A stretch of DNA of 64,000 bases, taken from positions 3,844,001 through 3,908,000 of the forward strand of contig JBHGNT010000014.1 in NCBI GenBank assembly GCA_043228905.1. Direction: 5' to 3'. Both the position numbers and the translations under genes were made by a program. The stretch's first letter is position 1. Each line of letters begins with the position of its first letter. Of the stretch, positions 26,148 through 38,679 are shown piece by piece. Below the pieces are notes generated by a model. It was not told where the DNA came from and did no database searches. It saw nothing but the letters and a program-made list of their open reading frames with translations. The DNA comes from Azolla caroliniana (Eukaryota; Plantae; Polypodiophyta).

Positions 26148-26795
26148 TGTCGGGAAGAAAACCGGCCACAAGAGGAATCGGTGCACCGGAGCGTAGGAAC
26201 CGGCTCTTCATGCACGTACGCCATATGTTGTACATAAGAGAGAATTAGGTACATAGGAGATCCTAGGTAGGTAGATTCGGTAGGTAGGAAGTTAATGGGA
26301 AATGGCTCCTTCCTTGCCTATAAAGGGAGGGAGACGAGGAGGGGGGAAGCGTCGCGGTTAGAGAGGACGAAGTGCTGTCGGGTTGTTGGCGGAAGGCTTC
26401 TCTCTCTTCCATACTCCGTAGCTTCTTCCTGTGCAGGTTTTCGGGAGGCTCGCGTTGCTCTGAGGAATGCCCGAGTGCTTCCGGCAGCACCTCCAACCTA
26501 CTCCTTTCTTTCTGAGCGTTTACGAACAGGCATCGGCATCTGTTCGCCGGCCTGTTCGGTTGTAACCGACTTCGTGCTTCTTGTTGTTTGTCCTCGTTAA
26601 TATATATATATATACATACATTCGTCTCTCTCTGCGTCGGTGTCCCACTCGCGTCTTCGCGTCGAAGGGCCGTGTCCCTGTGAATCTACGCCCACACGTA
26701 GTGGGTCCCTTCCCTTCTCCTTTGTCTCTTGCTCTTCGGTAAAAGACCCCTAAGGCCCCGCCTCATTCCACGCATCCGCGAGGAATACCTCGACA
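26148..26795 (+). repeat. gypsy 5' LTR
   Basis: Near-identical to 34084-34707 apart from small indels. Confidence 0.95.
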
Positions 26796-26798
26796 TCT

Positions 26799-26816
26799 TG
26801 GTGAACCCGACGTGAA
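26799..26816 (+). promoter_or_regulatory. PBS TGGTGAACCCGACGTGAA, complementary to the tRNA-Trp 3' end
   Basis: 3 bp downstream of the LTR; matches the recalled plant tRNA-Trp terminus TCACGTCGGGTTCACCA. Confidence 0.8.
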
Positions 26817-28816
26817 GGACGCGGCAGAAGAGCAGAAGATGAAGGGGTCGGATCTTGCGGAGGCCATGGCTTCGGCCGTCGATCGGATATTGAGCCATTG
26901 AGGTGGTCGTCGGTACAATCAGCCGGTTCAGCGGAAAGGATGCCACGAAGTATTTGGCGTCCTACGGGGCAGAAATGTTGATGCGGGACATTCCGAAAGA
27001 GAGGCGTCTTGCCGGGTTCCCTCGAGTGGCGATGCCGAGCATCCATGCGGAGGTGCTCGAGGTACGGGCGGAGAGCCGTACCTAGGAGGAGTTTGAAGGC
27101 CGACTCCTAGAAAAATACGGGCTGGACGACACGCTCCGGCTTTCGAAACGGGACTTCATGGAATGGGTGGAGTCCCCCGGCAAGGGAAGAAACGTGTCGG
27201 CACTCCTCCGAGAGTTTGAGGAACGCTTTGCGCGCCTTTCGGCGCTCGACCGAACCGTTCTGGATACGAGCTGGGTCTTACTGTTCGTCAAGTCGGTGGA
27301 CGAGCGGGACCGGAATCAAGTCGGCTCCTTGCTGGAAACCGAAGACGGGCTGACGACCGACTGGGCTGCGGTTAAGAGAGTCTGTGGCCGTTTCGACAAA
27401 CGGCGAGAATGGGCTGATAACGGGGCGGCCGGTGCGGGCTCTGTCATAGCAAGGAGGCTTGAACCGGCACTGCAAGGGCGAAGGGAAGAGACCCGGGAGT
27501 GGCTCGAAACTGGTTCGGCTTCGACCGGCATGGTTAATGGCTCGTCCGGAGGAGCGGCGTTGGAGGAGTTGACGCGGGCGATAAAGGATCTCCAGATCGC
27601 CCAGGCTCGAAGGGAAGGCGGCGAACTGGCTCGTAACCGACGGCCGGTAGCAGGGAACAGGTGCATGTGGTGCGACGAGGTCGGCCACATTCGGAAGGAC
27701 TGTGGCGATTTTGCAGAGGCGTTGAGGAACCAGGTGGTGTACCTATGGGAAGGCCGGGTGCACGTCGGTGATACCAGAAGGGCCCTAAACCGGAACGACG
27801 GGCGAGGGGGTATGAAGAGACTGATGGAAGAGGCAGCGGCTCGACACGTGGAGGCCATCCACTACTCGGCGTCGGCCGGTATTCGGGTCGGGAGCAGCGA
27901 GGCCCGAAAAGAGAGCAAAGACGGATTCTGGACGGCAATGCTGGAAGGCCTCGCAAGCGCACGACTGAGGAAAGATGAAGCGGACCGTGCTGCGAGACGG
28001 GTCCGGGAAATAACCGGGTGGAGCGACCCGGTCGAGGAGAAGACGGGCTTCGTAGAAGCCACCTGCCGGAACTACGAGGCTCTGGTAGAAGACAAACGAG
28101 TAGGGGAAGCCGGAGCGGCCGGGCCCTCACAACGATACGAGACCCGATTCGGGCAATGACGGAACGATGCCGGTGGGTCCAGTGCGCAAGATAACCCCAG
28201 GAAAGGCGGATACCGACTGGCGATGGAAATAGAAAGGACCATGGACCTACGAAAGGTCCTAGAAGAACGGATCCTCGATAGCAAAGTGGAGCTGTCATTG
28301 CAGGAGGTGCTAGGGATCGCTAAGAAGGAGTTCCACGACTCCATTGTGGACTTGGTGAAGCGGAAGAGGCTGTCGACGGAGACGGAACCGGAACCGGAAA
28401 GACCGGTGGAGGTGCGGACGACGCACATCGACGACTTGGCGCTGGAAGATGAGTGGGCGGAGAGCCACTATTCGAGGCCACACTGGGCCCGAGCGACCAC
28501 GGAGACCCCGGTAAAGATCGGAGATGTTCAAGAACCGGTGGTGGCACTGGTGGACCACGGTTCGGAAATAAACCTTATGTCCATGGACTTCTATAAGAAG
28601 GGAAAGTGGCCGATCAACACCAAGCATGGGTGGAAGATACGGGCGGCGATGCGCGCCACCGAGGAACTACACGGGGCCTGCCCGAACGTGCGAGTCAAGA
28701 TCGGCGACGTCGAGATTGACCAGCACTTCTTTGTACAGGAGACGTCCTCGCACCCGGTCATATTAGGGGAACCATACATCACGGCGGCACGAATGGAGAC
28801 CAAGGTGCTGGACAAC

Positions 28817-28846
28817 GGTTAGGGTTTAGGGTTTAGGGTTTAGGGT
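28817..28846 (+). repeat. Interstitial telomeric repeat (~4 units) inside gypsy coding sequence
   Basis: GGTTAGGGTTTAGGGTTTAGGGTTTAGGGT between codons DN and RVKSQDG. Confidence 0.93.
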
Positions 28847-29946
28847 CAAAAGCCAGGACGGGCGCCATTCGGTCCAATTTCTGACGGTGAGGCCGAACCA
28901 CGAGCGAAACCGCGAATCCCTTGGTGGCGAGAACCGGGGGGATTTTTAGAGAGGGCTGCCAAGGCGTGGGGCCGAGACAGTCCGGACACTCGGGAAAGAC
29001 CCCACAGTTGTACGATAGAACCGAAACGGAAGAAACCTTGTACGATAGGTAGAAAAATTTTCTTCTCCAACGACAGAGGGTGTATGATAGTCGGCATCGT
29101 TGGCCGAGAAAAGGCAAGGGCGGAGGAGCGACTTCGAGAGTGCGGAGTTCTCAGCCCGGACGAGGAAATCAGCGGAGGCGGTCTCCTTCGACGACACCTT
29201 GGGGATGTTGAGGGAGGTAGCCGGAGAAGACCTTAACAAAGACCGGACGATACCGGTATGTTACGAAGAGATGTACGAAGTCATCACGAACTTTAGTCAG
29301 GGGCTCGGGTTGGATCGGACGGCCCGGGTTAGCACGAAGTACAAGACGGTGGACCGGAAGGTAAGGCCAGTCGCGGCACCCTTACCGGAGGGTAGCGAGT
29401 CCCGAATCAGAGGGGTTGCGTCGGACCCCAGTTTACGAGATTCGGTCTACATAGGACACACCTTCACCGACGGGATGCTCTGGGAGCTCAAAATCGGTGG
29501 GGGCGGGTTCCTACTGCCGGCGGAGGAAGACCGGTTTCGGAGAATGCTCGGAAGGCACGGGAAAGCCTTCGCATTCTCACCGGAAGAGATCGGGTGCGTA
29601 GACCCAACAATCGTGGAGCAGATGGTGATATTCACGGTACCGCATGTGCCGTGGAATCTCAAGCCGATTCCAGTACCGAGAGCTCACATCCCGATGTTGA
29701 TGGAGCTATTGAGGCAGAAAGTCGATATGGGCATTCTCGAACCGTCGAGTGCCCCATACTCGAACCGATGGTTCACCGTACCAAAGAAAAATGGAACATT
29801 GCGCTTCATTCAAGACCTGCAGCCGGTCAACAGAGTGACCATTCGGAACGTAGGAATAGGACCGACCATAGACGAGTTTGCGGAGGCCTTCGCCGGGAGG
29901 TCGATTTACTCGGTCGGTGATCTGTACTCGGGGTACGACCAGTTCC

Positions 29947-31516
29947 TGTTGGGAGACAGGTCCCTCCGGATGGGAAGGGACCGGTCAAAGAAGCAATTAT
30001 GCCTGTCACAGGAGAAGTACGTGACAAAGGTGCTTCACCGGTTCAACATGACAGAAGCAAAACCGGTCGGATCGACACTTCCGGCAAACTGCAAGCTGTC
30101 CGGCAAGCAAAGCCTGAAGACGAAAGGAGAGAAGGCAGATATGATGAAGATTCCATATGCCTCTGCCGTCGGGAGCTTGATGTACACAATGGTTTGTACC
30201 CGACCGGACATAGGATACGCAGTCGGAGTGGTGAGCCGGTTTATGAGCAATCCCGGCAAGGAGCACTGGAACGCGGTCAAGTGGATACTCCGGTATTTGA
30301 AGGGCACTTCAAATATGTGTCTCCGATTCGGCTCCGGAAAACCTCAACTGGACGGTTTCACCAATTCGGACATGTCGGCTGATGTGGATACCAGCCGGTC
30401 TACATCCGGGTATGTGATGACATATGCTGGGTGAGCTGTTTCGTGGCAGTCGAGGCTGCAGAAGACGGTTGCATTGTCAACCACAGAGGCGGAGTACATG
30501 GCGGATGTGGAAGCCAGCAAGGAAATATTATGGATGAAAGACTTCATCGGAGAGCTCGGTATCCGGCAAGAGGAATACCGACTCTACTGCGACAGTCAAA
30601 GTGCCATCCACCTTGCTAAGAATGCGGCCTACCATTCCCGGATGAAGCATATCCAGCGGAGGTATCATTGGATCCGGGAAAGAGTAGATGACCAGGAGTT
30701 CACACTGACGAAGGTCCACACGGCCGAGAACGGGTCAGATATGCTGACCAAAGTGCTGACACCCGACAAGTTGGACGCATGCCGGAAGAGGATCGGACTG
30801 GTAAGACACCCCATGCCGGAGTGAAGGGGGAGTTTGTTGGGAGACAGGTCCCTCCGGATGGGAAGGGAGAAGATCAGTGACGATGAACAAACTCGGCCGA
30901 GGCCGAAACCGGATGAGGAGTACCCGGCTACGGAGAGCCGGATGGTGCAGGCCCGGTATGAACCGGATGAGGAGTACCCGGCTACGGAGAGCCGGATGTT
31001 GCAGGCCCCGGTATGAACCGGATGAGGAGTACCCGGCTACGGAGAGCCGGATGGTGCAGACCCGGTATGAACCGGATGAAGAGACATATTCGTACATTTT
31101 GTAAATAGCCGAAAAGTCATATTAGTATAAATATGACTTAGGGCAAACTTTTAGTAACTGTTGTTGTTGTTGTTACTTTTCTTGTTGGTGCAAGAAGAAG
31201 AGAGAGCACGTAATAGTGTACAGAGTGAGAGAGAGAGAGAAAGAGGTCGTTGCCTCTGTTGTAACCGCCGCCTATGGCGAAGATCGTGAGCACGAGGTCG
31301 TTGCCTTTGTGAACTCACTGTTTTGTACATTCCAACTTAGTGATAGTTTGCAACCTGTGGGCTGCCGTGGTTTTTCCCTCTTTGGGTTTTCCACGTAAAC
31401 ATTCTGTGTACCCTTTTTCTTTCTCTCCTTTGTGTTGCGTGTTTCCTGTTTCCTGTGTATTGAAGAGGCTCAGTTGTGGCCGAGCGTTGGGTATAAGGAG
31501 CGTTGAGTTCCCGACA
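29947..31516 (+). mobile_element. Internally deleted copia: 34 bp of 5' LTR, RT 3' half and RNase H, full 3' LTR (30835-31516)
   Basis: TSD GTTCC (29942-29946, 31517-31521); 29947-29980 identical to 30835-30868; PYASAVGSLMY, CDSQSAIHL. Confidence 0.93.
30907..31080 (+). repeat. ~55-58-bp tandem repeat x3 within the copia U3
   Basis: AACCGGATGAGGAGTACCCGGCTACGGAGAGCCGGATG repeated. Confidence 0.9.
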
Positions 31517-34083
31517 GTTCCAGCTATCCGTGGAGAGCAGAGACATTACGACGATGCAAACTCCCCTCGGCCTAGTGCGAATGTGTACCCTGCCACAAGG
31601 AGGGACCAACTCGGTGGCCCACATGGTGAATGCAATAAACAAGGTACTGAGGGATTGCATCCCGGACATCACCATGCCATTTCTAGACGACATCCCGATC
31701 AAGGGGTGCCCGGTGGAAGAGAAGGACGAGACACTGGGGCCGGACGGATGCCGACGATTCGTGGCAACACACATCGACGACTGCGAGAAGGTGCTACAAA
31801 GGCTAGAGGTTGCGAGGCTCACCTTCTCTGGGGAGAAATCGGCCTTCGGGCAATCAGAAATCCTGGTGGTCGGACACCTATGTGGACCATATGGCCGGAA
31901 GCCGTCTCTGGCAAAAGTAGAAGCCATCTCCGCGATGAAGACCGAATGTAGCTCGGTTACGGAAGTTCGGAGGTTCCTGGGGGCGTGCGCATTCTACCAC
32001 ATATGGATCCCGCATTACGCCCACGTTGCCGAGCCGCTATACAGGTTGCTGAAGAAAGGGCGAAAATTCGAGTGGCGAGACGAGCACACGGAGTCGGTCC
32101 GGAAGCTGAAAGAAGCTCTTGCGGCAGCACCGGCGCTCCAGAAGGCTATCTACGAGAAGGGTACCCCGGTATACATAACGGTGGATACGAGTCCGACCGG
32201 GATCGGATGGGTCGTCAACTAAGAAGACGAGGACGGCATTCGGGTCCCGATCCGATTCGGCGCAAAGGTCCTCAGTGAGCGACAACGAGGGTACGCCCAA
32301 GTTAAACGCGAACTCTGGGGTATCGTTTCGGAAGTAAAGGACGACAAAGACTACCTGATCGGGACAGAAGTGATTATCGAGACGAATTGCTTGCCAATTC
32401 TCGGCATGGTCTCCGGATGCGCGACACCGGACCTGACGATGCTCAGGTGGATAGCGTACATCAAGTCCCTGAACCCGGAAATACAACACATTTCCGGAAA
32501 GGACAACGCCATGGCCGACATGCTTTCGAGGGCGAGGTTTGATGACGAGGGCGGCATGGTTTCGGAGGACGAAGAAGTCGGCGTGGACTTCTTCGAGGCG
32601 GCGTACGTGACGACCAATGGGGCGAGCACTCCGGCACTTAACGGCTTCGACGAGAGCAAGTACGACGGCGAGTGGCTACGGATCGGTGGGTTTTTGAGGA
32701 CAATGACGCCGGATGAGTCATGGACAAGGGACGAGGCCAACCAGATCCGGAAGAAAGCATACCGATTCTTTCTCCGAGATGGATACTTATGGAAGCACCC
32801 GAAGAAGAGGAGCGGCGTCCCGCTCCGGGTGGTGGCGACGAAGGAAGAACAGGAGGAGCTGCTAACGGCCTACCACGACGGCCCTTGGGCTGGACATCGT
32901 GGAACGTGGGCCACGTTCGAGAAGATGAAAGGGAAGTACTGGTGGTCGGAACTGTACCGGGACGTGCATCTGTTCGTGACAACTTGCGAGAGCTGTCAGA
33001 TGCACTCCATAGTCCGACATCGGGACGAGCTTCACCCTACGTACCCTCCGACCATCCACTTCAAATGGATGGTAGATCTGGTGACGATGCCGATGGGAGT
33101 AGGACAGATGCGGTATTTGGTCCTGGCTCGGGAAGATCTGACGAACCAGGTGGAAGGCCGAGCCCTTCAGAACAAAACGACCGGGGCCGTATGTTGGTTC
33201 CTGATCGAGGACGTGATATGCCGGTACGGGTGCGTCGGGAAGATCATGGCTGATCGCGGGGAGTTGGACGCCGAAGAGGCCGAGGAGCTGTTCGACCGGC
33301 TAGGAGTCAAGCTCTCGCTTACCACTGCGTACAATCCGGAGGCGAATGGGAAGGTGGAGCACGGACACGGACCGATCGTCAAGGCGTTAATTCGGGCATG
33401 CGGAGGTCAAGTCGGGAACTGGTCGTGGCTGTTGCCTTACACGTTGTGGGCGGACCGAACTACGCACAGTTCGGTAACCGGATTCATGCCGGCAGAGCTC
33501 ATGTTTGGGCAGAAGCCAATCATGCTGATGGAACGTATGATCTCCTCATGGGCAACCGTGGACTGGAAAGACGAGATGAGCCGGGAGGAACTGTTGGCGG
33601 CGCGCATACGACAGCTCGAGCGAAGACCGGAGGACGTGGAGCAGGCTGCGGGAAAGCTTCGGGTGGCACGGACGAGGAACAAAGCCCGGTTCAACCGGAC
33701 GCACCGGCTCCGACCAAAGAAGATCGAGGAAGGCGACTGGGTGCTAGTCTACGACAGCAGCCTCGACAACCAGCACCGAGCGACACAGAAGTTCGCAAGA
33801 AGGTGGTTCGGGCCTTACGTGGTACAAAGCGCCAACGACAACGGGACGTACCATCTAGCGGAGCTCGATGGCACGAGAATGGCGATACCGGTAGCTGGGA
33901 AGCGGATCAAAGCGTTCAAGAAGCGTCACGACGACGAGCCAGATCCGGTTAACCTGGACCGCGATGACGAACGATCCGAAACCGAGGAAGAACCGATGGG
34001 CGGGGAATGGAGGCTGGACCGGTTTTCTCCGTCCCAACTCAATTTGGCGCATGCCGGTGGATGCGCGGTTAGGTGGGGGCGGA

Positions 34084-34707
34084 TGTCATGAAGAAAACCG
34101 GCCACAAGAGGAATCGGTGCACCGGAGCGTAGGAACCGGCTCTTCATGCACGTACGCCTTATGTTGTACATAAGAGAGAATTAGGTACATAGGAGATCCT
34201 AGGTAGGTAGATTCGGTAGGTAGGAAGTTAATGGGAAACGGCTCCTTCCTTCCCTATAAAGGGAGGGAGACGAGGAGGGGGGAAGCGTCGCGGTTAGAGA
34301 GGACGAAGTGTTGTCGGGTTGTTGGCGGAAGGCTTCTCTCTCTTCCATACTCCGTAGCTTCTTCCTGTGCAGGTTTTCGGGAGGCTCGCGTTGCTCTGAG
34401 GAATGCCCGAGTGCTTCCGGCAGCACCTCCAACCTACTCCTTTCTTTCTGAGCGTTTACGAACAGGCATCGGCATCTGTTCGCCGGCCTGTTCGGTTGTA
34501 ACCGACTTCGTGCTTCTTGTTGTTTGTCCTCGTTAATATATATATATACATACATTCGTCTCGCGTCTTCGCGTCTTCGCGTCGAAGGGCCGTGTCCCTA
34601 TGAATGTACGTAGTGGGTCCCTTCCCTTCTCCTTTGTCTCTTGCTCTTCGGTACAAGACCCCCGAGGCCCCGCCTCATTCCACGCATCCGCGAGGAATAC
34701 CTCGACA
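34084..34707 (+). repeat. gypsy 3' LTR
   Basis: Direct repeat of 26148-26795. Confidence 0.95.
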
Positions 34708-37700
34708 ACGTAAAATCCAATGTACTCTGATTTCTGTTTTTGGTTGCATCTGTTATTAATTGAGTTGGTAGTCTAAGCTAATCTTGATTCATCCAAGAAG
34801 TCCTAGCAAGTGGTATTAGAGTTGAGGTTCATACTTCCACAAGATTGGAATATGGATGAATCTCTTGGTGGGATGCTTAAGTTGACTAGACCCAACTATT
34901 CAGTATGGAAGTCCAAAATGAGGGATATGCTATTATGCAAGGATTTGTGGTTGCCGGTACAATGTGGTATAGACAAACCAGAAAAAATAGATGCATCGAC
35001 TTAGGAAGTCATGCATTTAAAATCAACCACATAGATACGATGCTTCATAGACATGAGTCTATATAACAACTTTGATGGTGAAACCGAAGCGGATATATTG
35101 TGGAAGAAAATTGAGAGCAAGTTTGAAACGAAGAATGCCTTGAAAAGAGTTTCTATATTCAAAAAGATTGTAAGGTTGAGATAGCAAGATGGCTCTAGTA
35201 TGGTTGAGCACCTGAATGTATTTCAAGGGTTGATCAATCAAACGGTCTCTTTAGAAATACCTCTAGCAGATGAGGTATTGGCTTTTTTATTGTTAGGTTC
35301 TCTCCCAAATAGTTGGGAAACACTTGTGGTGACACTTGGGAATTTAACACCAGAAGGAAAGCTAACATTGGACATGCTTAAGTCAAGTCTTCTTAATGAA
35401 GACACACAACGAAAGGCGTGTGAGTCCAACTTTGAGGATAAAGCCCGAGTCACATAAAACAACTCAAATAGAGGAAGAAGACATACTCGGGGTTCATTAT
35501 ACAATAGAAACATCTCTGAGGGGAGATTTAAATCCAGAAATAAGAAAGACTTTAAGAAAGATTTTTTATGCCATTATTTTGGTGTTCGTTATGAAGAAGA
35601 GAGACCAAAAGAATGGAACCACTCACGAGAAGAAAATGATCCTACAACAGCCACATGTGATGGTGATATTATCATTGTTTGTGATGATGCTTGTGTCAAT
35701 TTAGCATACCAACAAATTGATTGGATAATTCACTTGGGAATCTTGTATCATACTACCCCGTACCGAAAGATGTTTACATCATATGCTGGTGGTGAGTTTG
35801 GTAGACTCAAAATGGCCAACCATGGTGTGGCAAAGGTTGTTGGCATAGGAAATGTCATTTTGGTCACAGAGACAGGTTCTAAACTTGTATTGAAGGATGT
35901 TAGACATGTTCCAGACATTCGGCTGAATATAATTTTTGCCAGTAAGCTTGATGATGAGGGCTATTCAAATGGAAGCTCACCAAAGGCTCTCAAGTCATAG
36001 CAAGATGTCAAAAACGAAACTCTCTATATATGATGCATGCTATGGTGTCCAGTGGAGAGGTAAATGTAGCCGACAAAGATGTCTCTATTGAGCTATGGCA
36101 CAAGAGACTTGGGCACATGAGTCAAAAAGGACTCGAGGTTCTAGCAAGGAAGAACATTTTTCCGAAGATAACATGTATGAATTTGGAAACTTGTATCGAT
36201 TGATGGTCCTTGTGATGATGGTCTAGTTGGAATGCACCATGTAATTGTACTGGTTGGCCAATAACCATGTTTTCTATTGCAGGGTTTTATTGGTATGTAA
36301 ATTTGTATGTTCAAGCCTATGATGCAGCAACGATTCCGTTCAGTTCGGGTTAAGTTCAAGTTTTTTAATAGTTCGATTTTGGTTCGGTTCGGTTTAGGGG
36401 GGAACGGTTTGGTTTAAGCAATTTGATGGCTTAGGGTTGCCAGTGGAATTTTTTTTTAATATTTTTTGAAACAACCCTTTCATTTTTAAGCTTCATTCTC
36501 ACATTTTAGGAAAAATCTTTAAAATTTTGAAATTTTAAAATTTTAAAAAAGAAATTTTTAAAATTTTTAAAATTGAAATTGCCCTAGAACTTAAAAACCA
36601 AAACCAAACCATGAAACCGCAGTTTTAACGGTTTAACAGTTTGGATTTTTTGTAATAGTTTGGTTTAAATGGTTTCATGGTTCAGTTCAAGTTTCAAATA
36701 TATTAAACAATTTGGTTTTGACACTCTCGAACAGAACCGTTGTCGATTGTTAACACCAACCATGGATGTTGAGGTCAACCAACCATAGGAAAAGTGGGCT
36801 AGGACAAACCAAATAGGAAGTAATGTAAGCAATGGGCAACCTAGTGTGAAAGGAACTCGCTTACCTTGTAAAAATCTATAAAAGCCACCTTTTGGTGTCT
36901 TTTGTAGCACTTCTCCAATATTAGGTTTTCTCCTTTTCATTAGTGCACTAGGGCTCTTTTTATCTCCCTAAGCCTTCATTAGGGTTAAGAGCTAAGTAAG
37001 CCAAACCCTAATCTCCTCCTTTTTTAAGGTGCTAGAGCTTTTTGCAATAAGAAGTGGTGTGCTTATTTCTATCTTCGTTGTTTCTACATTCATGTTTATG
37101 TGCAAAAGAGAGAGAGAGAGAGAGAGAGTGTGTGTGTGTGTGAGTATGTGTGTGTGAGCTTTAGTGCTAATATTCATAACTAAGTAAACTCGTAGCTCCA
37201 AGGTGCTTGACAACCACCTTGGCCTGATTTGCCATCAAAAGGGTATATGGCGGTCTAAATCCTAGGCTAACAATATCAACTCCGTTGATCCATAGACGCA
37301 CTCCCATTAGGCACACGAAAATGACACGTCTATTTGGAGTCATCACTGAGTATAAGACTGACACAGCTAATGATGAACTTTTTGGCAAATCTACTTAGCG
37401 TAGGAAGACACTAATAAGGTGAAACATTTCTTATTTTGTTTCGTTAGTTAAGTTAAACTAAGCTAACTTAATCTATTTTCATCCTTTTTGACCCCTATTC
37501 GCTCGAATGTTAGCTTATTAATAGTCTAGATTAATATGTTTTGTGTTAAATATATATTTTAGATCTTTGTTAGGTTTGTTGTGACATGATTAGCATTAGT
37601 CGACATTCCTAACCACCCATAAATTTCGAATTTTCTTTGGCTTGGCGTCATTTTCACATCCGCACCCCCTCCATTCAAGTCCCCCCCCACCCCTTCGAGT

Positions 37701-38679
37701 TCCCCCTCCATTCATGTTACCACATAAATTTGAGTCCCCACTTACATCTGAGTTTCCCCTCCATTTGCATACAACCCAGATCCACATCTCAAATCCATTC
37801 ATGTCTCCCATACCTACCTTCCATTCATAACCTTAAAAAGAAAAATTTGTTCTTGCCCCTCCATGCATTCAATAAAATTATATGTATAATTATATCTCAA
37901 TAAAATTATGTATATATATATATATTAATATAATTATATCTCAATAAAATTAAAATTATATATATCTATAAAAATAAAAATAAAATTATAAGTAAAACTC
38001 ATTACACATCCACTTGAATGTAACAGAAAAATAGATACAAATATGACCAAAAGGGAAATGTACGGAACTAGCCAAATTTGGGCCAATTTCTTCATGCTCT
38101 ACATCACCCCCAACATTGAAATGGCTCGAGCTAATACAAATGCCGAAGCCAACACCTCAAACCCCTCAAAGTATTATGAAGGTTGGTTGACACTGAGAAT
38201 ACATCAACATTAAAATCTAACCCCTAGCCCCTAAAGGCATGCCTCAATAAGCGTGTATCCCGATGGATCAGCGGAGTTTTAATTGACATTACCAAGATAC
38301 GATGCAAGAACTCAACATCATAAAACAAAGGTTTCCAACCTAAATCCATCAAGCATGGCATTGAGGCAACCATTTCTGAACAAATAACTGCATATTTAAC
38401 AGCACAACACAACACACACTCACACTCCTTGAAGCCACCATATAAAGTATGAGAGACCCTCCTCTCAACGTGGACCCATGGGATATCAAGTCGTCGTGTG
38501 GTGTGTCTCCAGAAAATCAAGCCTCCAAAACTTTAACTGAAGCGCAAGGTTGGTAGAAGGACACCACACAATTCTGGGTACCTACACAAAGTCAGATACG
38601 GTGACGTGAAGTTACACATGTGCGACTGAAATTTGACCAAGACCGTCAAGGACTTGAACCAGACCATGTGGGATATTAG

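Larger units (their letters stand above)
26839..34091 (+). pseudogene. gypsy gag-pol, interrupted by stops, a telomeric filler and a copia insertion
   Basis: CMWCDEVGHIRKDC, LVDHGSEIN, DLYSGYDQF|QL, LPQGGTNS, FLDDIPIKG, VDTSP, integrase YNPEANGKVE. Confidence 0.9.
26148..34707 (+). mobile_element. Full-length Ty3/gypsy (Phygy-like), tRNA-Trp PBS, 4-bp TSD
   Basis: LTRs 26148-26795 and 34084-34707 (TGTC...GACA); TSD ACGT; PPT 34071-34083. Confidence 0.95.
25663..36200 (+). mobile_element. Old copia host: partial 5' LTR (25663-26147 and 34708-34810), PBS-Met, degenerate gag-PR (34851-36200)
   Basis: TTTTCCACGT|AAAA LTR motif split by the gypsy; TGGTATTAGAG at 34811; LLLGSLPNSWETLV, LKDVRHVPDIRLN, LWHKRLGHMS. 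Confidence 0.8.

Noticed and set aside
29100-30434. 444-aa ORF as a real hybrid reverse transcriptase gene
   Set aside because: Accidental in-frame fusion across a TSD-flanked insertion; lacks the catalytic xxDD motif of either parent
36330-36740. MITE-like AACCG/CGGTT-rich, quasi-palindromic segment
   Set aside because: No TIR or TSD could be defined by eye
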